Below, piece by piece: positions 38,092-50,770 of a stretch of DNA of 64,000 nucleotides; position 1 is the stretch's first letter; every line of letters begins with the position of its first letter. The stretch comes from Selaginella moellendorffii (lineage: Eukaryota; Plantae; Lycopodiophyta). A program made the position numbers and the translations under genes. Under the pieces are notes generated by a model. The model was not told where the DNA came from. It made no database searches and saw only the letters and a program-made list of their open reading frames with translations. The stretch covers positions 1,499,471-1,563,470 of the forward strand of contig NW_003314285.1 of assembly GCF_000143415.4 (NCBI RefSeq). Direction: 5' to 3'.

Positions 38092-39703
38092 TCATAGCAC
38101 CAGTGTGTATGGGAGATTCGTCGCTGGGAGCCACTCGTCCCCGCTGACCAGGCTCATTGCCGTGTACTTGCTCGCAAAGCTAGAGTCGAATATCTGAGTT
38201 GACCAGTCAACGCGCTTGACGATCGAGCCGCCTGGCCCATAGCAGAAGTACTCGCCATAGAAGAGCGTCTGGAGCGCAAAATCGCCGCTCCACTCGAGCC
38301 AACCTGCCGGATCCACCACCGCACTCTCGTAGCATTTGAGAAACACCGTGACCGCGTACTCCTTCCATGGTCTCCCCAGAAACGTCGGGAACTGGGTGAT
38401 GTTTGCCTTGAGCTCCGGGGTTCCATCCACGGCGCAGTTCTGGAAGGAGAAGCCCGTGTTCTGATTTGGGTCTGTTCTTCCCTGCGCCGTGTAGGTGTTC
38501 TTCTGCTTGGGCATCGGGAGGCGAGCGTAGAGATTGCAGTTTTGGAAGATCGCGGCTGCGTTGCCAAAGATGTAGTCGACGGTGCCGTAGATGTCGCACT
38601 GGGTGTAGAACTGGCGGAGGGAGTGAGCGTAGAGGGTGTCCTGGAAGCCCTCGAACGAGCATCGGAAGAATGCCACCTTGTCCGCGGTCACTCGCACCGC
38701 CACCGCTTGATGGTTTATGGCTCCGGCCGTGTTTTGGAATGTGATGTCTTGAGCGATGAAGTTGTTCGCTCTAATAGCTGAAAGATCGATCAATCGATTA
38801 GCGAGGTTTGTAAAGTTACGTTTGTGATCACTTACCCACTGTTGCGGACGTAAAAGTTGTGATGTTTGGATCCTGGACACTTTTGTTTCCAGTGATAATG
38901 GTCTTGCCAATCCCATCTCCCAAGAACATCAAGTTCAGGAGATTCCTCGGCACCTCGAAAGTCTCCAAGTAAGTTCCCTGCTTTATGTAAATCACAAACC
39001 TGGAGCTGCTCTTCGTGGGAGCAGCGGCAAGAGCCGCAGTGATGTTCTCGAACTGGCCACTCCCGTCCTTGGCCACCGTGATGTTGGGAAGAATGGTGTA
39101 ATTTCCCACCGACTTGGAGACCCAATGCGGGGTTTTGATGGTCTGTGGCTCCTGTTCTTGATTTCTTCGCAAGGATGCTATGGCTGCCAGGCAAGTGCTG
39201 AGTGATTCTCGGGCTTTGTTTAGCAGTTTGTGTTCGTCAAAGCCAGCCTCGATCAATCCATCCAGGCAAGTGGTATGGTAAGTGAGAGCAGCGCTCATCC
39301 AGGTGTGAGCATTCACCAGATCGCTCGCTTTCATTCTTCCAATGGCCACTTGTGAATCGGCAGCGAGGCGGGACGCGTCATGGAGGAGTTCCACGCAGTC
39401 GCGCATCACTGCCCTTTTCCTCATGGATCTGGATGGCTTGCTCGACGAGACGGCGCCATGATCGAGCTCTGCTGTGGATGCAAGCAGCGCCTCCAGGGAG
39501 TCACGAGCGGATCCTACCGCCGCTAGCGCAAAGCTTCCAGCGTTGCCGGGATCCAAATCCAGTGCTTCCATGCTGGCAATGCAAATCTCTGGATTTGCAG
39601 CTAGAGCACAGGCAGCATGATGATCGTGAGAAAAAGCTCTCGACAGTGGCAGTGGGATCATCAAGAGGAGTGCCAGAATCAACGAGCGAGAGAGCACGAT
39701 CAT
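38092..39703 (-). CDS. Pectin methylesterase with signal peptide and PMEI pro-domain, 1 intron
   Basis: DCVELL/TWMSAALTYHTTCLDG (PMEI); VAKDGSG; QAVAVRV; GFQDTLY; GTVDYIFGNA; LGRPWK. Intron at about 38836-38779. Confidence 0.95.
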
Positions 39704-39874
39704 GCTTGTACTTACAAACGATCCAACCGAGCGCAAGTTATGGTGTGTGTGCTTCTTCCCAGAGTGCGTGAAATGCGTGAGCTGGAGATGAAGGTATGGC
39801 GACCGCGCTTTTAACAGGGCGTTTAAAGATCCGATTAAAGAGCTGACGTGGAATTTTAGGGTTCTTCAATATCT

Positions 39875-40879
39875 ATGTGGAAGTACGCGGCATCCCAGGT
39901 TCCTTTCTGGAGGGCGAGCACAAGCGATCAAGTGGTAAGAATCCACGCGTTTGTGCATAGATTCAAGCGCCTCCCGGACAAGCAGCAGCGCTGGGCGATG
40001 GAGATTCACGCAAAGGAAGCATTGGCGCAGTATCTTTTCCAGGTAAACAAGATCGAGCAAGAAGGATTCGACACCTACGCCGAGACCCGGGATGCCATCT
40101 TTTGCAATGGGGCGCTCGAGCTGGGAGACGCCGTTCAGTCGGATTCCAGGCTCGAGGCCGTGCGCTGCCTCCACAAGTCACTGCGAGCGATGTTTCCGCC
40201 GCTAGAAGGAGATGATGATCAAGCCCACCATGGGATCGTGATCCCAAAGCTGAGTGTTCCCAAGATCTTGGAGGCCCACGGCGAGCTCATGAGGAGCACC
40301 AAGCCCAAGATCGCAGCTCGCCTCCGCAAGGATCCCCACGAGATTGCCTACACAAGAATGGTGACTGGCGGGCTTCACGTCTTTACGTGGCCGACCCAAG
40401 TGGAGAGCTCGCTGGAGGAGCTGGTCGAGGACGCGAATCGCGAGCTCGAGGAGATGTTCCCGGCGAGCCAGGAAGAAAGCTTGATCAGTGTGGGGCAAAC
40501 CGAGGATTTGCTCAAGTTTGGAGCCAGATTCTTCTTTGAGTTTGAGCGGATCCACCCGTTTCGCGATGGGAATGGGCGGATCGGGCGTGTTCTTCTCGCT
40601 GCGATCCTCCGGAGCGTGATGCCTTTCCCGAATGTTTTGTTCGTTACGGACAGGGAAGAGGAGCCTCCTTTCGTGGACAAGCGCGCGTACTACGAGTGCT
40701 TTGCTCGAGCGCAGGAGAAGCACGAATTCCCGCTCATGGAAGGATCGATTGACAAGTATTGCGTGACTGAAGAGGCCCTGGCCGAGTTTAAGGTCTATCC
40801 CCCTTCAGATTTGGCTGCATTGGTGATCGAGGGCGTGTATGTTGGCTGGAAGAGAATGTTTGCTTCGCTCCCAAGTTGA
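39875..40879 (+). CDS. Fic (Fido) domain protein, putative AMP transferase, intronless
   Basis: Canonical Fic motif FERIHPFRDGNGRIGR; upstream ILEAHGELM...LRKD helix/flap typical of Fido. Confidence 0.85.
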   Translation: MWKYAASQVPFWRASTSDQVVRIHAFVHRFKRLPDKQQRWAMEIHAKEALAQYLFQVNKIEQEGFDTYAETRDAIFCNGALELGDAVQSDSRLEAVRCLHKSLRAMFPPLEGDDDQAHHGIVIPKLSVPKILEAHGELMRSTKPKIAARLRKDPHEIAYTRMVTGGLHVFTWPTQVESSLEELVEDANRELEEMFPASQEESLISVGQTEDLLKFGARFFFEFERIHPFRDGNGRIGRVLLAAILRSVMPFPNVLFVTDREEEPPFVDKRAYYECFARAQEKHEFPLMEGSIDKYCVTEEALAEFKVYPPSDLAALVIEGVYVGWKRMFASLPS

Positions 40880-41270
40880 TAAACCCTGAACACAGGGCAT
40901 ATTCGTGGGTATAATCTTGGAGTGACTTAAATAGTACGAAACGTATATTCGTTACGAACGTTCTGTTCAAAGTACCGTCTTCTTTGGCTCGAAATATTTT
41001 AATTCCGGAGTTATTCAAGAAACGGCAGATAAGTGATTGAAATATTTTGATATAATGTTTGGAATACATCAATTCATGAGTGTCGCAGCCATCCCATGGA
41101 TCTGAAGACGGCAATGCAAACGATGAATCTGCAAGGACCGACACAAGGTTTTGCATTTCACTCCTTTCTTTGTTCTTCATGATTGCTCGATCCACGATGA
41201 TTTTTCAATGACACGTTTGTCGATGATCCCTGCGCACAAAGTATTTCAAGAGTCAGCATAAGGTCTGAAT

Positions 41271-41830
41271 GCGCTGCTGCTACTGCTCGTCATGTCGCGA
41301 TGAACCCGGAAGTATTGCTTGTAGTCGATCAGAGTGAGAAGTGCCAAGATCAACTGGGAGCATGGTGGACCATCAGGATTGGCTACAGAAAATCTGATAC
41401 CATGATAGCTGAGAATGAGATGCTCATATATATATATATATATATAGAGGGAGAGAGAACAGGCCAGCGTCTTACTCGGCCTGTTGACTCTTAACATCCA
41501 TGCGCGTTTTCCAACTTGGATTTAGACATCGTAGCTTCATGGATCCTATCTCCTCTGTCCTGGAGCAGCGTCTTATCCTTTGTACAAGGGAGATTTCCAC
41601 AACTGGGCTGCGCTTCTCAATCTCCCTTGTACAAAGGGATAAGACGGTGCTCCAGGACAGAGGAGACAGCGCTGCTGCTACTGCTCGCCATGTCGCGATG
41701 AACCGGGAGGTATCGCTTGCAGTTGATCAGTCACTGGGAGCATGATGGATCATCAGGATCAGCTACAGGAAATCTGACCCATGATAGCTGAGAATGAGAG
41801 GCTCATATATATAGAGAGAACAGGCCACCG
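41271..41830 (+). repeat. Local direct duplication (~41271-41470 and ~41669-41830)
   Basis: 'gcgctgctgctactgctcg..catgtcgcgatgaacc..catgatagctgagaatgag..ctcatatata..gagagaacaggcca' occurs twice with indels. Confidence 0.75.
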
Positions 41831-42196
41831 GACCTCTGACTCCCGGAGGTTTCCAGTGAGCATAAGCCAGGGCATCATACAAATCATTCTGGCCAAAGTT
41901 ATGATCGAGAGAGCACAACAGGTCCATCCATCAAACAAACAAGACAACTCCTCATTTCGCCTTCTCCGGCGGGACGCCCCTTCATGTTGCGCAGAGAAAA
42001 CCCGCTACGGGACCTCGCGATGAGGAAGAAAGCGCTCCCGTGCGCGCACAGCATTTCTCGAGCTTTCCGGTGTTGCTTAACTCTTTGGATTCTGCAATGT
42101 ATAGGTCCGTCTCTATAGCTTCTCGTTTTGTGTCTTTGTGTACGTAACTCGTTGGCAGAACGAAAGAATTTTTTGTCCGTGAAGCAGAGCAGCGAA

Positions 42197-44236
42197 TCAG
42201 CCAAGCAGGCTCTCACTACTAGTTTTGTCTCCGGATTTTCTCCTCGTAGCAACAACTGCCATGTTACGCGGCGATACACAAGGGTCGAACACCGGCAGCA
42301 GCATGGCGCTGAAAGACGGAACTTCACTTTCCTGTTCTTTGAGATAGAGCAGCCTGTCCATCAGTAGCAACGTCTCCAGCACCGGAGCTATGGCGCTTCT
42401 CAACGACCAGAAAGGAGAGACAAGTGCCTGCATTGAAACCGAGAGGTAAAGTACTACCACTGCCAAGAAAGCTCGCTTACCTGAAACGGCTCCACTTCTT
42501 TCCAGATCTCAGCCAAGTCTTCCCGCGAGACCTCGGGAAGGCCAAGACGTTTGAGAGCCTCGGCGGAGTAGTGCTGGAACGCCACGAATTTTCCAGCGTC
42601 GTCGCCACCTTTCCCGTGGCATGCTTGGCATTCAGAGCTTGGCTTTCGCATTTGCTTGCGACGCTTTGCTTTGCCGATGCGACCGACCGAAGGACTGGTG
42701 ACGGCAATGCCGGGGTAAAAGCGATGGAGGAGCTGCGCACGCCACCAGTTTGTAAACCAGGAGAAACGAGCGGATTAAGATCACTCACGATCTGGAAAGC
42801 AGCCCGGAATGCATGCACGTCGAAGTTTGCCACGGCCATCTCGCAACCAATATCTTTCCAGCGGTGAGCACTCTACAAGTATCCACTGTTAGCTTTTTAC
42901 AGGGAAGTCAAGGGACTGATCACCTGGCATCCAAGATCACGTCCAGCTCCACCGAGACGCAAGTTCAATCTCTTCACGCCTCTGCTCAAAGGGAAGCCAC
43001 ACTTGTCGTCGTTCTCGGACAACAAATTGTAGCAACACCCAACAGAGATCACTGCCGTGACGTCCTGGCGATTCACAAAGGTCCTGCCAACACACCCAGA
43101 GTTTACACAGTGACAAACTTACGGACGAGCACGAGCTCCTCACCTCAACATGTTCGCCGAGAGATCTCCACAGGCATGCAGTCCGGCCAAGACAATGGAG
43201 TGTTGTTCGTGGCTACGTTGCTCGTCTTCCTTGCGGATGCTGATGGACGACAGGAATGCATCCAGCGACACATTCTCGTTGCCCGATCCAAGGAGACAGG
43301 TTGCGGTCTTGGGACCCGGGTTTGCAGCACGACCTGTGTGTAGCACGATGCTTTGAAACGGTTGACAAGAATGGCACCAACTCAAGCTTACCGGAGCGAG
43401 AAGCGTAGTATCTTTGGATGCGGTCGGCGCGTTTGTTTGTCACGGTTGTGTTGTGCGCCGAGCAATCTACTGCGACTACTGGAAGTTTGTGGTGGAACGC
43501 CAAGACTTGCGCAAGATACCCCTGGGAAGAAACAAAATGCCCGTGAATGATACACCGGAGAATGATGGATGTTTACCTGGCCAGCACCGACGTCCACGAT
43601 TTCTGTAGCGTTGACAACGCGAGAGATGTTTACTATCAACGAAGAAAGTCTTTCAATCTGGAAAGAATCTAAACGCGAGTCTTCTCAAAGACGATCGATG
43701 GAGAGGAGTGACATACCTCGTGGAGTTTTTTGGCGTTCACGCCCTGCGTTATAACACTTGGAAGCGATCCGCCTGAGAGAAGCTAAGAAACGTTGTGAAT
43801 GACAAGGTTTTGTAAAGGGCAATACCTTTGAGGTCTCCATCAGCTCTCGAGAAAGAGAGAGCGAGCGCGCGTCTGCAAGAAAATCCTGGAGCGTCTTGGG
43901 CCAGCAATCCTAAAGCCACAATTCCTTGCCATCCATTAATGCGCGAGAAACAAAGAATCGAGAGTCTCTCTCTCTCTCACCTTGGAAATATGCGATGGAA
44001 GGAGAAGAAGATCCTCCATCGACGCATTCCTCAGCGCCAGGAGCCATTGCGTGTCCAGAATCTCCCACAAACGCCCCTGCATTGGCATAGTTCTAAGCTC
44101 GCAAATGGGAAAGTCGCGCAATGCGCCATACCTGGAAGAATTCCACGACGTGCGCTCTCCACAGGCGCTCGTGGCGACGCAGAAATGAGACGAGCGCCTC
44201 CAGATGCGCCACTATCCTCTCTTCCTCCCACTCCAT
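42197..44236 (-). CDS. METTL25/RRNAD1-like methyltransferase (Methyltransf_32), multi-exon
   Basis: MEWEEERIVAHLEALVSFL; KKLHE; EIVDVGAGQ|GYLAQVL; LAGLHACGDLS; SVGCCYNLL; APVLETLLLMDRLLYLKE; FDPCVSPRN. Confidence 0.85.
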
Positions 44237-44873
44237 AACCTCAAAAACCCTAAAATCAGGCTTTAAAAAATTTCATATTGTTTTAGTATAAGCAAGGTGG
44301 ATCAATGCAATGGCATGTTTGTTTTGTCTCTTGAAGCAATGCCTAAAAGATTAAACTTTATATGTTCTTTTGCAGCAATTCGAATTCTCATATTTCTATC
44401 GTTGGGGCTCTATTTTCGTTGGTGTTTCACGCTTCCAGTGCCGTACGTTAGGACGTGAAACTGAAATTAATTGAAAAAAAATGTGTTTTAAAACGTGCAT
44501 CACATTGTAGAAGAGCTATTTATGAGTCCGTGACTGACAACTGAGGACCAGATCACATAAAGACCGACACCGGAAGAAGGTGGCGGGCCGAAGACGTGGA
44601 CGCCATTGAAGCAAGAAGGTCGACGGACATTATCCATGCAACTTTCCCAAACCGGTCGGTTTCATGCTTCATTGGGGGGGCGGGCGCGCGTAGTACCTTG
44701 TAAACAGCATATGAATGAATGGATCAGGTCCACAATAATGCTGCGGAGCCAGCAAAGTCATCCAAGCTTGGTATGAGTTGCAACGTCCACATTAGACACG
44801 AGAGCCATCGCAAGAGTGCCCGTTTAAAACCAAGTATCAACTCTTGTGTGTTGTATAGCTGCCTCCTTTGACA

Positions 44874-45461
44874 ATGTATTCGCTACCGAGCATGCCTGGG
44901 ATGGTGGTACTGTCGATCGATGGCCTCGAGCTCCAGCGCCGGTCCCGCACGGGTCTGCTCAAGATCGCCGCCAACGCCAGGAAAGAAGCCAATGCATGTA
45001 ACTCTAACTCCTCCCCTGTGACGCCCTCGATCGATCGCCGCGAGCTCCTGGCCGGGGCCATTGCCGGTGGTGCGTCTCTCGCCCCATCAGTCGACAGCCC
45101 CGCGCTGGCGGATCCGATAGGACTGCCCACGTTCAAGCGCTGCCACCAAGCCACCATCAGCGGCGACATCAGCGGGGCGTGCTGCCCCCCAAAGCCCAAG
45201 CGCGCCACCATCGATTTCAAGCCCGAGGCCAACAAGAACACGCGCGTCAGCTGTGCTGAGTACGTGGGCACTTATTCCAACGTTCCCCACTTCATGTCCG
45301 AGATCGGTAAGGGGCACACCGAGATCGTGAACGCCACCTTCTCTATCAAGGCTAATGTCGAGATCTTGGGCCTAAAGTCAGCGGACAAGCTCGTTGTGAC
45401 GCTGGTGCCGACCGGACAGGGTGGCTTCACATTCAATGGGGCTTTCATTCAGCATGCTTGA
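44874..45461 (+). pseudogene. PPO: Internally deleted polyphenol oxidase copy (transit peptide fused in frame to C-terminal domain; no CuA/CuB)
   Basis: Aligns with both ends of 46073-47923. The junction lies at GCCCGA (45221-45226) and the ORF remains open. Confidence 0.85.
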
Positions 45462-45636
45462 TTTCGACTTCTTGTGATTAATAAATAGCAAGTTGCTGCG
45501 TAGGTTCTTCTGAAAGTTCCTATAGTATTTTTAACGATTCCACAAAAACAAATCAAAAGATGAATAAAAGGTTCTTTGAACCAGAATGTTTATATTGATT
45601 TATAGATTCTCTCGATAAAACATAGATATTCAAACT

Positions 45637-45825
45637 TTGAGGTCTCCTCCAACTCTCGAGAAAAACGTGCATCTCCAACTTCTGGAGCGACTTGGGCCAG
45701 CAATCCTAAGGCCTTCCATCCCAACCGTCAATGCACGAGAAACAAAGGATCGAAGGGACTCTCATATGCGATGGAAGGAGAAGAAGTCCTCCATTGACAA
45801 ATTCCTCAGTGCCAGGAGCCATTAT
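45637..45825 (-). pseudogene. Fragment of the METTL25-like gene
   Basis: Matches 43828-44048 and 48930-49117 (atgcgatggaaggagaagaag...gccaggagccatt). Confidence 0.75.
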
Positions 45826-46072
45826 CAAATATCATTTTAAGTGACTAAGTGATAAGTTGGACACTTGTAGTGTCCCACTTGACTAACAATGATACTTAAT
45901 AATTTGTTTATTAAATTCAATCGCTCGTGCATGCATGTGTCAAAAGCTCCAGTGTCAACTCCCCTAGCAGAAAAATCCGGAAGTGTTCACATTACACACG
46001 AGAGCCATGCAAGAGCGCCCCTATAAAAGCAAGTATCAACTGCTATGTGTTGTATAGCTGCCTCCTTTGACA

Positions 46073-47923
46073 ATGTATTCGCTACCAAGCATGTCTGGGA
46101 TGGTGGCACTGTCGATCGATCGCCTCGAGCTCCAGCGCCCGTCCCGCACGCGTCTGCTCAAGATCGCCGCCAACGCCAGGAAAGAAGCCAATGCATGTAA
46201 CTCTAACTCCTCCCCTGTGACGCCCTCGATCGATCGCCTCGAGCTCCAGCGCCCGTCCCGCACGCGTCCGCTCAAGATCGCGTGCAACTCTAACTCCTCC
46301 CCTGTGACGCCCTCGATCGATCGCCGCGAGCTCCTGGCCGGGGCCATTGCCGGTGGTGCGTCTCTCGCCTCATCAGTCGACAGCCCCGCGCTGGCGGATC
46401 CGATAGGACCGCCCACGTTCAAGCGCTGCCACCAAGCCACCATCGGCGACGACATCAACCGGGCGTGCTGCCCCCCAAAACCCAAGGGCGCCACCAGCTA
46501 TTTCAAGCCCGACTCGCGCCCGATGCGCGTCCGCCCCGCCGCCCACCTCGTCGACAAGGACTACATCGCCAAGTACAACGAGGCCTACGCCAAGATGCGC
46601 GCCCTCCCCCCGGACGACCCGCGCAGCTTACGTCAGCAGGCCAAAGTCCACTGCGCCTACTGCAACTATGGCTACCGCCAGAAGGGCGCCCCAAAGCAGA
46701 CGCTCCAGATCCACTTCAACTGGCTCTTCCTGCCATGGCACCGCTGGTATCTGTACTTCCACGAGAAGATCTTGGGGAGCCTGATCGGGGATCCTAGTTT
46801 TGCGCTCCCATTCTGGAGCTGGGACCAGGAGGGCGGGAGGTACATCCCAGACATGTTTCGCCGCGAGACCGCCCTCTACGACGCAAAGCGCGACACGAGT
46901 CACTATGAGCCCACACGGGTGGACCTCTTCTACTCGCCCGGCTCTGATAAGAAGAGCGACGAGCAGATCCGCGAGGACAACCTCTCAATCATGTACAACA
47001 ACGTCGCAAAGGTGAAGCAGCCGGACGCGTTCTTTGGCTACCCCCTCAGGTACGTGCATTCCCATGCATGCGCTCCATTTTAGCAGCCATATATACTTTG
47101 CAGGAAAGGCAGCAGCAGCATAAATGGCCCAGGGGGCGTGGAGAGGGCGCCACATAATGCTATGCACATATTTTGCGGCAGCCCCAACCAGCCGAATAAC
47201 GAGGACATGGGCAACTTCTACTCGGCCGGTAAAGACCCTCTCTTCTACTGCCACCACGGTAACGTCGATCGGATGTGGGACGTGTGGAGGTCTCTGGGAA
47301 ACATGGACTTCACAGACCCGGACTACCTCAACACCGAGTTCCTCTTCTTTGACGAGAAGCAAGATCTCGTTCGCGTCAAGGTGAAAGATTCACTCAACAA
47401 CGAGAAGATGCTCAAGTACAAGTACCAGGCGATGCCTGACGACGAGACCTGGACCGCCTACGAGCCCAAGCCACTGAAGGAGACGCCCTGGAGTGGATCG
47501 TCGTATGAGTATCGGCTGGTGAAAGCATCAGCTGAGAACCCCGAGGCCTTGGAAGTTGTAGCGGAGCCGGTGACGATCACGGTGGATCAGCCCAAAGGCA
47601 GCGGTTCTGACGAGACCCTGGTGCTGGAGGGCATGGAGATTGACATGCGATCCGCCATCAGCTTCAACGCGTTCATCAATCTGCCCGAGGCCAACAAGAA
47701 CACGCCCGTCAGTTGTGCCGAGTACGTGGGCACTTATTCCAACGTCCCCCACTTCATGCTCGAGAGCGGTAAGTGGCACACCGAGACCGTGAACACCAGC
47801 TTCTCTATCAAGGCTAATGTCGAGATCCTGGGCCTAAAGTCAGAGGACAAGCTCGTTGTGACGCTGGTGCCGAGGGGAGACGGTAGCTTCACATTCAATG
47901 GGGCGTCCATTCAGTATGCTTGA
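46073..47923 (+). CDS. PPO: Polyphenol oxidase (plastid/thylakoid-targeted), one intron 47050-47103
   Basis: Twin-Arg DRRELLAG; CuA HCAYC...IHFNWLFLPWHRWYLYFHE; CuB PHNAMH...DPLFYCHHGNVDRMW; C-terminal domain EYVGTYSNVPH...LVVTLVPR. Confidence 0.95.
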
Positions 47924-48339
47924 TTTCGACTTCTTTCTTGTGATTAATAAATAGCAGTGTGCTGCGTAGGTTCTTCTGAAAGTTTCTATAGTATTTTTAA
48001 CGATTCCACAAAAACAAATCAAAAGATGAATAAAAGGTTCTTTGAACCAAAATGTTTATATTGATTTAAAGATTCTCTCGATAAAACATAGATATTCAAA
48101 CTGGGTTTGGAACACTAAATCCCGAGCGGTATTTTTGCTAATATAAAACTTCAGGAAGTAGAAGCTCCTTAACCTTCCCCAGATACACCTCGATTCCATG
48201 AGAAGTCACACAATCATATAGATAGGAAGAGCAATAGGTTTTCTTCTTGACTTCGGAGCTGAAAAAGAATAAAAAAAGGCCAAGCATTTTTAAAAAATTC
48301 CACTTCCAACGAAGGAACAAAATAACGGCATTTAGATTG

Positions 48340-49260
48340 TATCACAAGATCACGTCCAGCTCCACCAAGACGCAGGTTCAATCTCTTCATGCCTCTGCTC
48401 AAAGGGAAGCCACACTTGCTCGCACCGTCGTCGTTCTCGGATAACAAATTCTAGCAACACCAAACAGAGATCACCGCCGTGACGTCCTGGCGATTTACAG
48501 AGGTCCTGCCCCAGTGTTTCAAGAACCTACGCTCCTCACCTCAACATGTTCGCCGAGAGATCTCCACAGGCATGCAGCCCGAGTGCTGTCCATGGCTACG
48601 TTGCTCGCGAATGCTAATGGACGACAAGAATGCGTCCAGCTACACGTCCTCGTCGCCGAGAAAGGTTGCGGTTTTGTGTGGCACGATGCTTTGAAACGGT
48701 TGACAAGAATGGCTAGTATCGTTTGACGTGTTTACTACCAACGAAGAAAGTCCTTCAATCTGGAAAGAATCTAAACGGGAGTCTCCTCTAAAACGATCGA
48801 TGGATCGAAGGAGATGCATACCTCATGGTTTCCTGACGTTCACGGCCTGCGTTATAACACTTGGAAGCGATCCACCTGAGAGAAGCTAAGAAACATTGTC
48901 AATGACAAGGTTTTGCGAAAAGAATTACCTTTGAGCTCTCCTTCAGCTCTCGAGAAAAAGAGAGCGAGCAAATCCTGGAGCGTCTTGGGCCAGCAATCCT
49001 AAGGCCTTCCATCCCAGCCGTCAATGCACGAGAAACAAAGGATCGAAGGGACTCTCATATGCGATGGAAGGAGAAGAAGATCCTCCATTGACAAATTCCT
49101 CAGTGCCAGGAGCCATTGCGTGTCCAAAATCTCCCACAAACGCCCCTGCATTGACATTTCCAAGCTCGCGAAAGAGAAAATCGCGCAATGCGCCATACCC
49201 GGAAGAAGTCCAGGATCGCCACTAGCGTCATCGCTCCATAGCTCAAGAACCCTAAAATCA
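48340..49260 (-). pseudogene. Degraded partial duplicate of the METTL25-like gene
   Basis: Collinear with 42930-44260, with multiple internal deletions and frameshifts. Confidence 0.8.
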
Positions 49261-49459
49261 GCGCTTTAAAAACTTTTCATCAAAAACTAAGCCTTTATCT
49301 TACAATGTCTAGATAAGAAAAACTATGTAAAGGCAATGATCATCTGATACGATAGATCGAGCGAGCATCAAAACAATCTATCAATCTTCCATCACGACAA
49401 GACAAATGGGTTGCTCCAACCTTTTGGGAAGAACTCGAAAAAAAAAACAAACCTCATAG

Positions 49460-50770
49460 CTAGGAGGAAGAAACTCGCGATATCGATGGTAGATCATCCA
49501 GGGGCCTGGCGGTGTCATTCCTCGTCCTCTTCACCCTCGCGCTCTCCAGCCGCCGGTGCTGGAATCCATAGCCACCCAAGATCTGATTATCCCCGAAGTT
49601 AAACGCCCTCTCCATCTCCCGCAAGCACTGCTCCACCGGGTAATCGCCATAGCTCCCGCACGGCTTGCACCCCACGAAGTGGGTCACCAGCGGCCAGCGA
49701 TCGTCCCCAAGCCCCGGATGATTCTTCGCGATCATCTCCTCGTACTTGTCCACCAGGATCGCCCAGTAGCCATGGAGGTAGTACGAGCTCTCCAAGAACA
49801 CGCCATCGCCCCACTGGGATCGCTGCGTCGCCAGGAGGTAGACGAGCGCGGACTGATCGTCAGCTTCGAATTCCGGGCGTCCCACGAGCTCGCGCGTGAG
49901 GATCTTGCCGGCGTCCTCGCGGATCTTTCCCTTTGGTCCCATCGGCGCCCACGCATCGAGAAGATCCAGCGACCACTGGCAATTGCGGAGGAGGAAGCTC
50001 CCGGTGTTGAGCCCGATCCAGTTCTTCTTCGCGTAGACGAGCTCGTCCCATCCGTGGAGGACCATGTTGTGATTCGCGTACTTGTCCAGCGGGATCGCGA
50101 AGCTCATGTCCGTGAACATGGCGTCGCTGTCCATCCACCATAGCCACTCCACGTCCGGGTGGGAGAGGAGGAGCTTCCGGAGAAGTGGGAGCTTGGCCCA
50201 GTAGCCCGCCATCTCGGAATCGAGGTGCGCCATGTTGTAGAAGATCTCGATGCCGTGGATCCGGCAGTAGTCGATCTTGTTCTTGAGAGATTTGAGGAGG
50301 TAGTGATCGCCCACTGGGTTGTCGCAGGGATTGGGCTGGGAGCCAGTGACGAGGAGGATCTTGCTAGTGGCGGCGCCGCCGCCAGCCCTGTTCTCGAGGA
50401 GCCACTGGGATCGCTGCTCGTTCCAGTCGGAGATCTTGGGACCCAGAGAGTAGGGCGATGATCCTGCGCTTCTCTCCTCCTCCTCCCTCTCCTCGCGATC
50501 GCCTGGGGCTTTCTTTCGCGATTCGTGCGCCTCTGCCAGGACTCTGCTCGCGGCCTCCTTGTGGCGCCGCGGCAGATGCTCGCGGATCTCTCGCAAATCC
50601 TGGGCGGGCGTCCCGAATTTGCCCGCGCCGATCGTCCCTCGCAGCACCAGGATCGTGATCATGCCACACATGACCATGAGCTTGACGTTGTGGAACGTTC
50701 GCTGGAGGCGGCGGATCTTGGTGGGCGAGAGAATCGGCGGAGAAGAGAAGGAGCGCGTTATAGATCTCAT
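49460..50770 (-). CDS. GT34 xyloglucan 6-xylosyltransferase (XXT-like), intronless
   Basis: ITILVLRGTIGAG; YSLGPKISDW; KNKIDYCRIHG; WWMDSDAMFTD; LNTGSFLLRNCQW; FEADDQSAL; THFVGCKPCG. Confidence 0.93.
   Translation of the reverse strand: MRSITRSFSSPPILSPTKIRRLQRTFHNVKLMVMCGMITILVLRGTIGAGKFGTPAQDLREIREHLPRRHKEAASRVLAEAHESRKKAPGDREEREEEERSAGSSPYSLGPKISDWNEQRSQWLLENRAGGGAATSKILLVTGSQPNPCDNPVGDHYLLKSLKNKIDYCRIHGIEIFYNMAHLDSEMAGYWAKLPLLRKLLLSHPDVEWLWWMDSDAMFTDMSFAIPLDKYANHNMVLHGWDELVYAKKNWIGLNTGSFLLRNCQWSLDLLDAWAPMGPKGKIREDAGKILTRELVGRPEFEADDQSALVYLLATQRSQWGDGVFLESSYYLHGYWAILVDKYEEMIAKNHPGLGDDRWPLVTHFVGCKPCGSYGDYPVEQCLREMERAFNFGDNQILGGYGFQHRRLESARVKRTRNDTARPLDDLPSISRVSSS

Noticed and set aside
39875-40879. 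Bacterial contamination explaining the Fic and MTase genes
   Set aside because: Fic is embedded between intron-containing plant genes, and the MTase gene itself has spliceosomal-type introns.
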